IMG/VR virus record: IMGVR_UViG_3300037067_027683
Location: 1-64,000 of that record
DNA length: 64,000 bases
Direction: 5' to 3' (one strand)
Source of the DNA: a virus
Taxonomy: Duplodnaviria > Caudoviricetes
The notes beneath the pieces are model-generated. The model had not been told where the DNA came from. It ran no database searches and was given only the letters and a program-made list of their open reading frames with translations. Position 1 is the first letter of the stretch. Every line of letters begins with the position of its first letter. Of the stretch, positions 18,052 to 27,421 are shown piece after piece. A program made the position numbers and the translations under genes.

Positions 18052-18980
18052 GTCAAAATGGCTTAATTAACGCAGACGACACAATGGCAGTCATAGCAAC
18101 TAGTGAATCTATTCCGATTATTACCAATAGGATTGAATTGATTTTGGCAGATACTATTGGTGGGGCCTTTACTATTACTTTACCAGCAGTACCAATAGTT
18201 GGTCGTTCGATCCGCATTATTGATCAGAATTCGAATTTTAATATCAATAATTTAATGGTTGATGCTACTCCAAATAAATTTATGAATAACGATTCGATCC
18301 TGATATGTGATGTGAGTGGTATGGATATAAAACTAGTTTATGCTGATGACGTAGGATGGGTTATTTCTGATATTAACACCAACACTAACACGAACACGAA
18401 CACGAACGATGGTGTTATTAATTCGATGCGGAGGTGGCTTAGTGGCATTTGGAATAATAGAAACGTCGCGATTGGTTACGATCAAGCAGTTAGGGCTGAT
18501 TCAAGCGTTGCTATTGGCTATAACAATGTTGCTATTGGTTTCGGGGCCAATGCTTCTGGGGGTGGTGGAGGTGGAGGGGCAAATAGTGGGGTTGATAACG
18601 CTCCTGGTGGGGGCGGGGGTGGTTTAATTAATATTCCGCTTGTGCGGACGACTTTTGATGATGTGAGAATTACTGGTCCTAGGGGTATGACTGGTCCTAT
18701 TGGTATTTATGGTCCTATCGGGCGCACTGGACCTATGAGGATTTATGGTTCTTCAATGTCTTCTTCAATGTCTTCGGAATTTTTAAGAACATCAAGATCA
18801 TTTAATAAGATAGAAGAAATTTATTGGAGAATACAGAATTTGAGTGAAGAAGATTTAAAGATTATGATGCCGCAATTACAATTAGAACTTAGTAATGTGT
18901 TGCGAGAAGAAATGAAACCAGCGGTACCTAAAGATGTTGTTGAACTTGGTGATCGAAATTTGGAGTTGGGCAATGAATAA
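18048..18980 (+). CDS. Mosaic protein: fibre-like ITLPA domain, VAIG (YadA-head-like) repeats, Gly-rich and collagen-like segments
   Basis: FTITLPA, (NT)n, three VAIG, GGGGG, GPRGMTGPIGIYGPIGRTGP, C-terminal ELGDRNLEL. Confidence 0.55.
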   Translation: MSQNGLINADDTMAVIATSESIPIITNRIELILADTIGGAFTITLPAVPIVGRSIRIIDQNSNFNINNLMVDATPNKFMNNDSILICDVSGMDIKLVYADDVGWVISDINTNTNTNTNTNDGVINSMRRWLSGIWNNRNVAIGYDQAVRADSSVAIGYNNVAIGFGANASGGGGGGGANSGVDNAPGGGGGGLINIPLVRTTFDDVRITGPRGMTGPIGIYGPIGRTGPMRIYGSSMSSSMSSEFLRTSRSFNKIEEIYWRIQNLSEEDLKIMMPQLQLELSNVLREEMKPAVPKDVVELGDRNLELGNE

Positions 18981-19404
18981 AATTAAATTGGTTATTGAGG
19001 CGAAGCAATCATATGCTCTTTTTATGAGTTTTACTATGGAAATGAATTATCATGAAGCTATGAATAATGATTATATTCATAGAGCATTATTGTTAAAGTG
19101 GCCTGATGTGGTTGATGATTTATTGAATAATGATGATGGTCACTTTTATGGCGACATGCGGATATTAATTGTTAAACCAATTGAAATCATAGCTGGTGGT
19201 TTGGTAGATGTTATTAAGATGACTGGTTCTCATGGTGGATTTTGTGATGAAATGAACAAGAAGATACAGGTTATTATGAAAGACAATGTTGATCCTGAGC
19301 ACCCAATAATTATTAAAACTAAACTAATTGAATGTATTGATGAAACGATTGTTTTTATAAATACGAGACTTAACATGAAGATTAAGCCGATAAAGGAGAG
19401 ATAA
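18973..19404 (+). CDS. Hypothetical protein
   Basis: ORF coupled to its neighbours. Confidence 0.55.
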   Translation: MNKIKLVIEAKQSYALFMSFTMEMNYHEAMNNDYIHRALLLKWPDVVDDLLNNDDGHFYGDMRILIVKPIEIIAGGLVDVIKMTGSHGGFCDEMNKKIQVIMKDNVDPEHPIIIKTKLIECIDETIVFINTRLNMKIKPIKER

Positions 19405-19405
19405 T

Positions 19406-19825
19406 GTGATTAAGATTTACGTTGATGGTAGAGGTTTTGGTAAAGCTGGTGTTGGATTTAGTATTTTCTTGTGTTGTGGGAAACATGAATGGAAGCGCTC
19501 TTTTAACGGTGGTAATATTACTTCTAATCAAGCAGAGATGAAAGCGGTTGAATATGCCATTAAAAGCATTAAACCCGAATTTGCTAATGAAGATATCATG
19601 ATTAAAAGCAGTGGTAGGTATGTCCAGATGATGTTAGAGCGTAATCAGGGTAAATGGGTTAAGGAACCTCGTACTAATATTGAGTTAACTAAGGAGATAA
19701 GGTCGTTAGTTGAACGTTTTGGTAAATTTTCTATTGAGTCATGTGATGATAATATCATGCAAGATTTGAAAAAGCTTACTGAGGCCGCAGTTAAAAAAGG
19801 TCGTGAGGTTTTTGAGAAACGATGA
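19406..19825 (+). CDS. RNase HI-like protein (degenerate active site)
   Basis: IYVDG...G.G, TSNQAEMKA, W....NIEL. The expected TDSxY is replaced by SSGRY. Confidence 0.7.
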   Translation: MIKIYVDGRGFGKAGVGFSIFLCCGKHEWKRSFNGGNITSNQAEMKAVEYAIKSIKPEFANEDIMIKSSGRYVQMMLERNQGKWVKEPRTNIELTKEIRSLVERFGKFSIESCDDNIMQDLKKLTEAAVKKGREVFEKR

Positions 19826-20688
19826 GAGTAATAGAATCATTACCACAACCTGCATTAGAGGAATATTGGCGTGGCTCTAGAACTAAAGAGAATAATCTGT
19901 ATGAGTCAGATGGCTCAGTTGCCCTAGTAAAGAAAGAATGTCATAATTTTGGCCCTATAGAAGCATCTGTAAGAATAGGCGATATTGGTATTGATAGTAT
20001 TGGGCGGTTAATAGACAGCATGAATCGCAGTAATGATTTGTTGGTTGTAAACTTGATTGGGTGGGTTGATATTGTAGAAGATAGTATTGATATTACTGGT
20101 TGTCGTCGCATAGCTTGTTTTGTCGCTGCTGACAATAGTTGTGTTTTTGCTTCTGCTGCTAAAGTGTCGATGATATTAAAAATGCTCAATGGCGAAGTCA
20201 CTTATAAACTTAAGAAGTCTGTTGGTTGTAATATAATAATTATTTATAAGAAGGATAATATTGCAGCTCTTTTAGTTTCGTTAAATTATGATGACAATGT
20301 TAACAAAAAGTTATCTGATTATGTTCTTCAAAAACCATCAAATCCGTTTGATACTATTAAAAATGTGGTTGGTGGCGATGATTCAAATAAGATTGTGACA
20401 TATATTTCTGCTTTAGAAGGTATAAAGGATGACTTCAATTCTAGATTACAGAGTTGTTATGAGGTTTTGAGTAGAGATCTCAGGGATATCTCTGAGGAAG
20501 ACAGAACCGATTATAAGAAGATTATGATTCTGTTTAATTCTTATGTTGATGGTGTTAATGTTGCCATGAATGCTTTTAAGGTTAAGGCAGAATTAAATGT
20601 TCCTGTCCTCTCAGATTTTATTAAAGAGATGAGAACAGAAGTGGATCAGTCCTTATTTGATACTAGGCGTCTGGACTTAGATCCGTAG
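19822..20688 (+). CDS. Hypothetical protein (C-terminal RRLDLDP)
   Basis: 288-aa ORF coupled to the upstream gene. Confidence 0.6.
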   Translation: MRVIESLPQPALEEYWRGSRTKENNLYESDGSVALVKKECHNFGPIEASVRIGDIGIDSIGRLIDSMNRSNDLLVVNLIGWVDIVEDSIDITGCRRIACFVAADNSCVFASAAKVSMILKMLNGEVTYKLKKSVGCNIIIIYKKDNIAALLVSLNYDDNVNKKLSDYVLQKPSNPFDTIKNVVGGDDSNKIVTYISALEGIKDDFNSRLQSCYEVLSRDLRDISEEDRTDYKKIMILFNSYVDGVNVAMNAFKVKAELNVPVLSDFIKEMRTEVDQSLFDTRRLDLDP

Positions 20689-20700
20689 TATTTAATCCAG

Positions 20701-23178
20701 ATGGAGTGGTTAGAATTAAAAGAATATGCTGTGAATCTTCTAAAAGAACGCAATCTCATTGATGAATATGAGAAGCGTCTAGATAAAGAATTATATGAAA
20801 TAGAGAAACAGGGTGCTAACGGACTATGGGTCGATTATTTTAATAATAAGGAAACATGGTTGGAGAATCCGAATGGTTTAGTCATACCATGGTTGTTGGG
20901 CATGACCCAAATAGACCCTGTTGCTTCTAATATTCCCCATAAAGAAACGTATCAAACAGATTTTCCCGACATCGATTTGGATTTCTTGCCCCTGGCTCGT
21001 GAAACTATTAAGAACTATGCTATAGAGAAATATAAATATGTTTGTAGTGTCGGTAATTGGGTGACTTTTAAACCGAAGTCTGCTCTCCAGGACGTGGCTC
21101 GTGCGCTCGGTATTGACGCTAGGACCATCCTTGATGTGACCTCAAATTTACCAGATGAGTTTGATGATCTTGATCTTGAGGACCATGAATTAATTTGGAA
21201 GGATCTAAATAATCCAGATGAGAAGAAGAGGGAAGAGGCTGGTCGTGAAATAGCAAGATATAAGACATTTTACGACTTCAAGGATTCAAATCCAGAAACT
21301 GTTGATATTGCTTATCGTCTTGTCGGTAAACTTCGTACACAGAGCATGCATGCTGGTGGTGTTATTATTGCTGATAGACCTATTGAGAATTTAGTACCTT
21401 TGTCATTATTGAAAAAGGGTTGGGCTAGTCAATGGACAGAAGGCAAACGAACGCAGTTGTCTAAATTTGGGTTAGTTAAGTTTGATATATTGGGAGTTAA
21501 GACTATCTATTACATCTGGCAGGCTGGTAATCTTATTAAAAAGAATTTTGGAATTACTATTGATTGGTCTAGCATGGACCCTTTGGCAATCCCAATGCGC
21601 TTGGGTTATGAAATTTTGAAAGATGGCACTAAGAATGATATAATATTTGATGATGCAACGCTTAAAATGACTAATGAACTTAGGACTGATTCTGCTTTTC
21701 AAATTGAAAGTCAGATTCAAAAAGGCATCATTCGTGATGGTAAGATTAGGTCATTTTGGGATTTGGTTGTTTATAATGCACTCGGTCGTCCAGGTCCAAT
21801 GGATTGTATTCCTGAATACATCAAGCAACGTGATGATCCTTCTGAGGGGTGGAAACAGAATGAAGATTCTCGTGTCATAAAGATTCTGCCAGACACTTAT
21901 GGTGTTATCTGTTATCAAGAGCAATTGCAAGCTATGTGGCAATCGTTGGCTGGTTTTACTGTTCCTGAAGCTGAAGATGCTAGAAAGATTATTTCTAAAA
22001 AGTGGGTTGATAAGTTACCCAAAGTAGAAGCAAAATGGAAAGCAGGTGCGTCTAAAACGATTGGTGAGGACGCCACTAATGAATGGTGGAATAAGATGGT
22101 GTCATTTGGTCGTTACGCTTTTAATAAAAGTCATGCTGTAGCTTATTCTGTGGTTACTTTTAGATGTTTGTGGTTAAAGTCACATTATCCACAACAGTGG
22201 TGGGCGGCTGTTATGTCTGAATGTCACCCAGATAAGTTGCCTGGATATATGACTGCTGCCAAGGTTGATGGTGTGCAATTTGGTGCTTTAGATGTTGACA
22301 ATCTTACACATGATTTTGACGTTGACCTTAATAATAAAGTAGTTCCTGGTATAGCTGCGATTAAGGGGATTGGAGAGAAGGCGTCTAGGAGATTTACAGA
22401 TATAAAGGGTCCATTTAAATCAATTGAGGATGTTGTCGAAAAATGTGGTAAACACAAAAAAGTTTTTGAACGTTTAATTAAACTAAATGCCTTTAGTAAG
22501 TTCTATTCAAACAGGAGAGGATTGTGGATATGGTACCAATGGGCGTACACAAATAACCCCGAAATTAAAAAGTTTGTTCGTGACGTATTCAAGTGGTCTG
22601 AAGAAGCTATTATGATGGAACGAGATAGACAGCGACAGAATTTTCTTCGTGAACATCCAAAACGTAAGGTCCCAAAGAAGATTGAATCTTGGTTACCGAA
22701 AATCAATCCGCCAAGAGATGAATTCTTAAAAATAATACCAGATTATACTCCATTTGAATCATTACAAATAGAAAAAGAGTTACTTGGTTATTATTGGAGT
22801 TCGCCTATGGATATTTATATGCACGATTCGACTAAAACCATAACAAAGGCCAAAAATGATGGTAAGAATGGCATAATTGATGTTGTGATCCAGAAAGTTA
22901 CTAGTAGACGTTCGAAGTTAGGCAATGAGTATTATGTTCTCAGGGTGTCGGATGGTGTTCAAACCGCCGACGTTATGATATGGTTGAATATTTATAACTC
23001 AGTTGATAATAGAATATTCCAGGAAGCTGTTGGCGTCAGGCTTTTTGTTGAGTATAATGTTGAGCACAACAGTTTTAAGATAATGAACGGGACAACTCCG
23101 ATACCACTACATAGACGTGGAGCGTCTAATGCCGAAGAAGTAGCCCAAATTGAAATGGAGGATTACCCATTATGGTAG
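20701..23178 (+). CDS. dnaE: DNA polymerase III alpha subunit, catalytic C-terminal part
   Basis: FPDIDLDF, HAGGVII, GLVKFDILG, RPGPM, YQEQ, YAFNKSHAVAYS, IKGIG (HhH), EKELLGYY, OB fold. Confidence 0.92.
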   Translation: MEWLELKEYAVNLLKERNLIDEYEKRLDKELYEIEKQGANGLWVDYFNNKETWLENPNGLVIPWLLGMTQIDPVASNIPHKETYQTDFPDIDLDFLPLARETIKNYAIEKYKYVCSVGNWVTFKPKSALQDVARALGIDARTILDVTSNLPDEFDDLDLEDHELIWKDLNNPDEKKREEAGREIARYKTFYDFKDSNPETVDIAYRLVGKLRTQSMHAGGVIIADRPIENLVPLSLLKKGWASQWTEGKRTQLSKFGLVKFDILGVKTIYYIWQAGNLIKKNFGITIDWSSMDPLAIPMRLGYEILKDGTKNDIIFDDATLKMTNELRTDSAFQIESQIQKGIIRDGKIRSFWDLVVYNALGRPGPMDCIPEYIKQRDDPSEGWKQNEDSRVIKILPDTYGVICYQEQLQAMWQSLAGFTVPEAEDARKIISKKWVDKLPKVEAKWKAGASKTIGEDATNEWWNKMVSFGRYAFNKSHAVAYSVVTFRCLWLKSHYPQQWWAAVMSECHPDKLPGYMTAAKVDGVQFGALDVDNLTHDFDVDLNNKVVPGIAAIKGIGEKASRRFTDIKGPFKSIEDVVEKCGKHKKVFERLIKLNAFSKFYSNRRGLWIWYQWAYTNNPEIKKFVRDVFKWSEEAIMMERDRQRQNFLREHPKRKVPKKIESWLPKINPPRDEFLKIIPDYTPFESLQIEKELLGYYWSSPMDIYMHDSTKTITKAKNDGKNGIIDVVIQKVTSRRSKLGNEYYVLRVSDGVQTADVMIWLNIYNSVDNRIFQEAVGVRLFVEYNVEHNSFKIMNGTTPIPLHRRGASNAEEVAQIEMEDYPLW

Positions 23179-23441
23179 CACATATTGATCAGAATAAGAA
23201 AATTAATGGGATAATTTGTGATTTGTGTGGTAAAGTTTTTATTGATAAATTCAAATATTATTCTGCGAAATTTGATTTGGTAGAATCAGATCGATCGATA
23301 GCTAAAGTTGGTCCTGTGCGTGTCGATAGAAGGTTTCTTGATCTTGATTTGTGCCTAGATTGCATGGAGGAAATCAAGAAAAAGGTGTTGATTAACATCC
23401 ATAAGCGTGATGGAGGTGGGACATGGACAACCAAAGCATAA
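23172..23441 (+). CDS. Small zinc-binding hypothetical protein
   Basis: CDLC...DLCLDC. Confidence 0.6.
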   Translation: MVAHIDQNKKINGIICDLCGKVFIDKFKYYSAKFDLVESDRSIAKVGPVRVDRRFLDLDLCLDCMEEIKKKVLINIHKRDGGGTWTTKA

Positions 23442-23806
23442 ATCCATATGAGCGGCTCGATGTTGTGGTGGTTGGTAATAGGTTGACTGCTCGTCCTATT
23501 GATTTTTTATACGAGGACGGCAAGCCTGTGGCGGCAACTAAATATGAGACTACTTGTCCTAATTGTGGGTCAATGTTGCAATTCTCTGTTGAGGAAGTTA
23601 TTGGTGTTGGTTCCGATAATTATGTGGGATGCCACACTTGTGGCGAAGGTTTTGTTGAAAATAATACTCAAGAAAAACCGATTGTAGAAGATAAAATAGT
23701 AATAATTCAAAATATGGAGTTTAAGAAAAAAGATCAACCTCCTGTTGACCGTGGATGTCCTTTCATCGACCCAGTAGAAGCTGGTTTTGAGCCATCTAAA
23801 GTATGA
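23423..23806 (+). CDS. Zinc-ribbon hypothetical protein
   Basis: CPNCG...CHTCG. Confidence 0.6.
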   Translation: MDNQSINPYERLDVVVVGNRLTARPIDFLYEDGKPVAATKYETTCPNCGSMLQFSVEEVIGVGSDNYVGCHTCGEGFVENNTQEKPIVEDKIVIIQNMEFKKKDQPPVDRGCPFIDPVEAGFEPSKV

Positions 23807-24717
23807 ATTTAATTTTAGGGTCTGGTATTATAGGTTATCTTGCCAAGCATATTCTTGGTAGTGAGTGGGAATGGATTCCATTTAAAAAATCTAGATATTT
23901 CACTTTTGAAATTCCATATGCCGATAATTTCGTGGCGTTCGATGATCAAATTGACCCAATTATGTTAGAGATGTCTCCTAAGAACAAAACTAAGATCTTT
24001 ATGAAGAGAGCTTTTTCGCTATCTGGCCAATTGATGTATCAGGAATCTTCATTGACTATTGACACATATTTACAAAAGGTATATGGTGATCAAATTCCCA
24101 GTCTTGCCCAACAATTAATTAAGACTAATTTGACCACATATCCAATGACTGCTAAACAATTACACGACAAATTATATGAAATTTATCTTAATCAAGTTAA
24201 CACATATAGTGAGAAATATGGTACTCTTAGTAAAATTGATTTGAAATTACATAAAATTTATACGAGTATTGGTGAATTTGGGTATGACAAAATTGTTAGT
24301 ACTATTCCATTAGATGCTTTGGTAGATTATTGTGGTCTTAAGATGAATTTACCCTCGAAAGCCGTTTGTTATTACCTGATTAAATCAGGGAACATTAATT
24401 TAGAGGGAGCCGATCAAGCTTTAATATGTGATTCAGTGATTGACTTTTTTAAAGTTCAGAAAATCGATGACTATCACCAATTTTGGTCATTTGATATAAT
24501 AAATATGCCATATCAATATTTTGGGTCTATTATTGGTTATGATTTCGATTTATTAGAAGCTAAACGCATTGATAATGTTATACCATTAGGGGAACCGCCC
24601 AATCTTGAGTTGATTGAGAAACATGGTGTATTTTGTGTTGGGAGCAATGCTCAATGGGACGATTTTGTTGGTATTACTACTGCGGTTAAGAGATTATTTA
24701 GGATCAAGTCGTCTTGA
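23803..24717 (+). CDS. FAD-dependent oxidoreductase-like protein (UDP-galactopyranose mutase/protoporphyrinogen oxidase fold)
   Basis: N-terminal ILGSGIIG, YDKIVSTIPLDAL, C-terminal VFCVGSNAQW. Confidence 0.65.
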   Translation: MNLILGSGIIGYLAKHILGSEWEWIPFKKSRYFTFEIPYADNFVAFDDQIDPIMLEMSPKNKTKIFMKRAFSLSGQLMYQESSLTIDTYLQKVYGDQIPSLAQQLIKTNLTTYPMTAKQLHDKLYEIYLNQVNTYSEKYGTLSKIDLKLHKIYTSIGEFGYDKIVSTIPLDALVDYCGLKMNLPSKAVCYYLIKSGNINLEGADQALICDSVIDFFKVQKIDDYHQFWSFDIINMPYQYFGSIIGYDFDLLEAKRIDNVIPLGEPPNLELIEKHGVFCVGSNAQWDDFVGITTAVKRLFRIKSS

Positions 24718-25084
24718 GATAATATCGTATCTTGCCTTCTTTATGAGTTTTCTTTAATTTCCATAAATTACCTCTTTTCTTAATTAAATTGTTAAGTCTA
24801 ACAGTAAGACTTATGATATTACCTTCATAACCTTTTATAACATCGTCAATGAGCATGCCATTGGAACCAGAATCCATGAGAGATTTGAAGATTCGCTCTA
24901 TATGATTGTCTTTTTCAGATAATTTGTTTTGCAGAGCGACAGCAGCATCTTTTCGATCTTCTGCTATATTGATGATGTTGGCTATCTTTTCTTGGGTTGG
25001 CTGTGACACTACAGGTATTTCTTGTGTCTGTAATTTTTGACTAATGCCAAGTTCTAAATTAACTATCTGTAATCTTTTTGCCAT
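24704..25084 (-). CDS. Hypothetical protein, possible winged-helix C-terminus
   Basis: GAGG RBS before MAKRLQ; basic helix followed by a beta-hairpin-like C-terminus. Confidence 0.55.
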   Translation of the reverse strand: MAKRLQIVNLELGISQKLQTQEIPVVSQPTQEKIANIINIAEDRKDAAVALQNKLSEKDNHIERIFKSLMDSGSNGMLIDDVIKGYEGNIISLTVRLNNLIKKRGNLWKLKKTHKEGKIRYYLKTT

Positions 25085-25122
25085 GTGACACCTCAAAGGT
25101 ATCTAGATGAAGAGGGTTGGTC

Positions 25123-25995
25123 ATGAATCTTAGATCCAAGTGTATTCGTTGTGGTTCAACCACAAGTTTAAATACAATTTTGCCTGTGACTATAGAAAAT
25201 GTGAAATATGAAGTAGCTTTATGTGACGAACACGCTGAGGATACTACTATTAAACAAGTTAAAGAATGTGTGATTCAACGTTTAAAGGAAATTGATGAAT
25301 TACTAAAGAAAGCCAATGAACTTGGTATTGAATTGGGTGATAAGAAGCTGATTATTATAGAGTCTCCGAAAGAACCTGAGGCATCCCCACAGATGCCCCC
25401 ACAAGAACCTGAAACGACGCCTTCGACATCTCCACAGACGAGTCATAAGATTGTCAAGAAAGCACCTGCGCCTAAAACAACTATCCAATATAAGAAGAAT
25501 AATCCTCAACCAAAACCAATTTCTTCTAGTATGGTCCGAGGTGTTCATGGTGTGGCCCAAGGCAAAGTTGCTGCGGCCAATTTAGAAAGACGAGAATCAT
25601 TAAGTACATCATCAGTTGTGGAAGGTGCTATTAGAAACGCTAAGAAGAGAAATCTAATTGACGAGGATAAAGAAGTAAGTTTACCAACCATTAGATCTAA
25701 AGAACAACAAGTTGTTGAAGGTCGTGGTAGGAAACCAATGGTTATACCAAAGACTATTAAATATTCAGATGGTGTTACTAACATTCATGTGGTTAATACT
25801 GGTGGAGACAAAACAATCCAAGATCGTTTTAGGGATTTAGCACAAGATAGCATGCAAGGCGATAGACCAAGATTCTGTTATGGCGCAGATGGCTATGATG
25901 TCATACCTTGTAATGCTTGCGATGGAACAGGGACAGCTAAGGTTGGTACTGGACCTTGCCCTAAATGTCAGGGTGTTGGTTTCTTAAATAGATGA
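25123..25995 (+). CDS. Hypothetical protein with N-terminal Zn finger and C-terminal DnaJ-type CxxCxGxG repeats
   Basis: CIRCG...LCDEH; Pro/Ser/Thr linker; CNACDGTG...CPKCQGVG. Confidence 0.65.
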   Translation: MNLRSKCIRCGSTTSLNTILPVTIENVKYEVALCDEHAEDTTIKQVKECVIQRLKEIDELLKKANELGIELGDKKLIIIESPKEPEASPQMPPQEPETTPSTSPQTSHKIVKKAPAPKTTIQYKKNNPQPKPISSSMVRGVHGVAQGKVAAANLERRESLSTSSVVEGAIRNAKKRNLIDEDKEVSLPTIRSKEQQVVEGRGRKPMVIPKTIKYSDGVTNIHVVNTGGDKTIQDRFRDLAQDSMQGDRPRFCYGADGYDVIPCNACDGTGTAKVGTGPCPKCQGVGFLNR

Positions 25996-26424
25996 TCTAA
26001 ATATTATGCCACGACTTGGCATTTGAATTGGGAATGATGCGGGGGTATTATTCTGTGATCTGGACGTAGTAAGTCTAATATTTGATAATCTTGATATTAG
26101 TTTATCGTCTGGTATTATAGCCCTCAATGCTATGTTAATAGCATAATAGATTGTATTGCGGACTGGTATGTCTTCATATGATACTTGTGTCCATTTGTAA
26201 TCATAAACGAAATTTTCTATGTGACTATCAAGATATAATACATAGGTACTCTGAAAAATTCCGAACTGTGCCATTAATTCATGTAATCTTGTATACTTTG
26301 GGTCATAACCAACCATGTTCAATTGATTGGGGCTACTTAGTTGGTCTATTCGTATTATCTCTATATAATTGGTGAGACTGGGTGGGACATATGATTCTGC
26401 TTGTCCACTAGATCCAATACTCAT
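25984..26424 (-). CDS. Hypothetical protein
   Basis: Part of a coupled three-gene minus-strand unit. Confidence 0.5.
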   Translation of the reverse strand: MSIGSSGQAESYVPPSLTNYIEIIRIDQLSSPNQLNMVGYDPKYTRLHELMAQFGIFQSTYVLYLDSHIENFVYDYKWTQVSYEDIPVRNTIYYAINIALRAIIPDDKLISRLSNIRLTTSRSQNNTPASFPIQMPSRGIIFRSSI

Positions 26425-26621
26425 TTGGTTAATGAACCTCCAAAATATTGTTTGAAGCGTGGATTTTTGTCAATCTGATAACCTTGTGGTGGTTCTGATG
26501 ATCTTGGTTGATAGTATGGTGGCGGTGCTCTGCGTGACTGGTGTAATAGATATCGCCTGCCTAAGTTTTTGACTAGGTTAGATTCTAGAGGACTCATTTC
26601 ATAAAGCTTATTAAGCTTCAT
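26421..26621 (-). CDS. Hypothetical protein
   Basis: 4-nt overlaps with both neighbours. Confidence 0.5.
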   Translation of the reverse strand: MKLNKLYEMSPLESNLVKNLGRRYLLHQSRRAPPPYYQPRSSEPPQGYQIDKNPRFKQYFGGSLTK

Positions 26622-27115
26622 TTTGCTGCTAACTCTTCACGATCAGGGGCTGCTCCACCCCCTGAGTATGGTGTGGTATTTTCTGATTTTCTGTCATGTG
26701 CTTTGTTAGTTATGTCTGCTATACTTGCTAATTCGGGTGGCCAACCTGCTTCTTTCTCTTGAAACTTCTCCCCACCCATTTCCTTGATTACTTCTCCGAT
26801 GTATTTTATAGCGTTGGTTCGTTCGGCTAAGGGGATACCAATGGCACTAAGTCGTTTATCTAGAGCGATTTGGAATGTGGGGTCTTCGAGGTATTTGTAA
26901 CTATGAATATCAGTAAATGCAGATACGAGACTCTCGTAAAATGGGGAATCTGCGCATTTCAGCGAGAACATTTCTCGTATAATATTCCATTGAAACTCAG
27001 CTCGATGGCTTGTCTCTTCATCTGGTTTGCCTTCACCGGTTATGCCGAGACTAGAGGCTTTGTTATTGAACATACTACTAATTGCCTCTACCAACATTTG
27101 TTCGCGGGGGTCCAT
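26618..27115 (-). CDS. Hypothetical protein
   Basis: 165-aa ORF with GGAGG upstream. Confidence 0.6.
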   Translation of the reverse strand: MDPREQMLVEAISSMFNNKASSLGITGEGKPDEETSHRAEFQWNIIREMFSLKCADSPFYESLVSAFTDIHSYKYLEDPTFQIALDKRLSAIGIPLAERTNAIKYIGEVIKEMGGEKFQEKEAGWPPELASIADITNKAHDRKSENTTPYSGGGAAPDREELAAK

Positions 27116-27151
27116 CTCAATGCCTCCAATGACTCTTCGTACATATATTTG

Positions 27152-27421
27152 ATGAAAAGATTTGCCCTCGTAAAAATAAGTACCACTCGAAATGTAGAGT
27201 GGTTATCTGGCCCAGCTGGTCGCCCAGCTAATCCAAACAATATTTGGTCAGTAGTGGGTGGGGTTGGCCAACACAAACTAATGTTAGCAAGTGATGAAAC
27301 ATTGATAATCATACCAAGTGACGATGTGATGTTGATTGCTGATTACGACACTAAATACGCAATCGAGAAAATTCGCAAGATCAGATCTAAAGCAGATTTC
27401 AAGGAGAATACGAATGGCTAA
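27152..27421 (+). CDS. Hypothetical protein
   Basis: MKRFALVKIST...; overlaps the recA start. Confidence 0.55.
   Translation: MKRFALVKISTTRNVEWLSGPAGRPANPNNIWSVVGGVGQHKLMLASDETLIIIPSDDVMLIADYDTKYAIEKIRKIRSKADFKENTNG

Noticed and set aside
17950-20980. Split intein or intron joining the two dnaE genes
   Set aside because: No intein block A at the end of gene 1 and no HN-C/S/T at the start of gene 2. The intervening DNA is filled by four coupled ORFs with no intron-like features.
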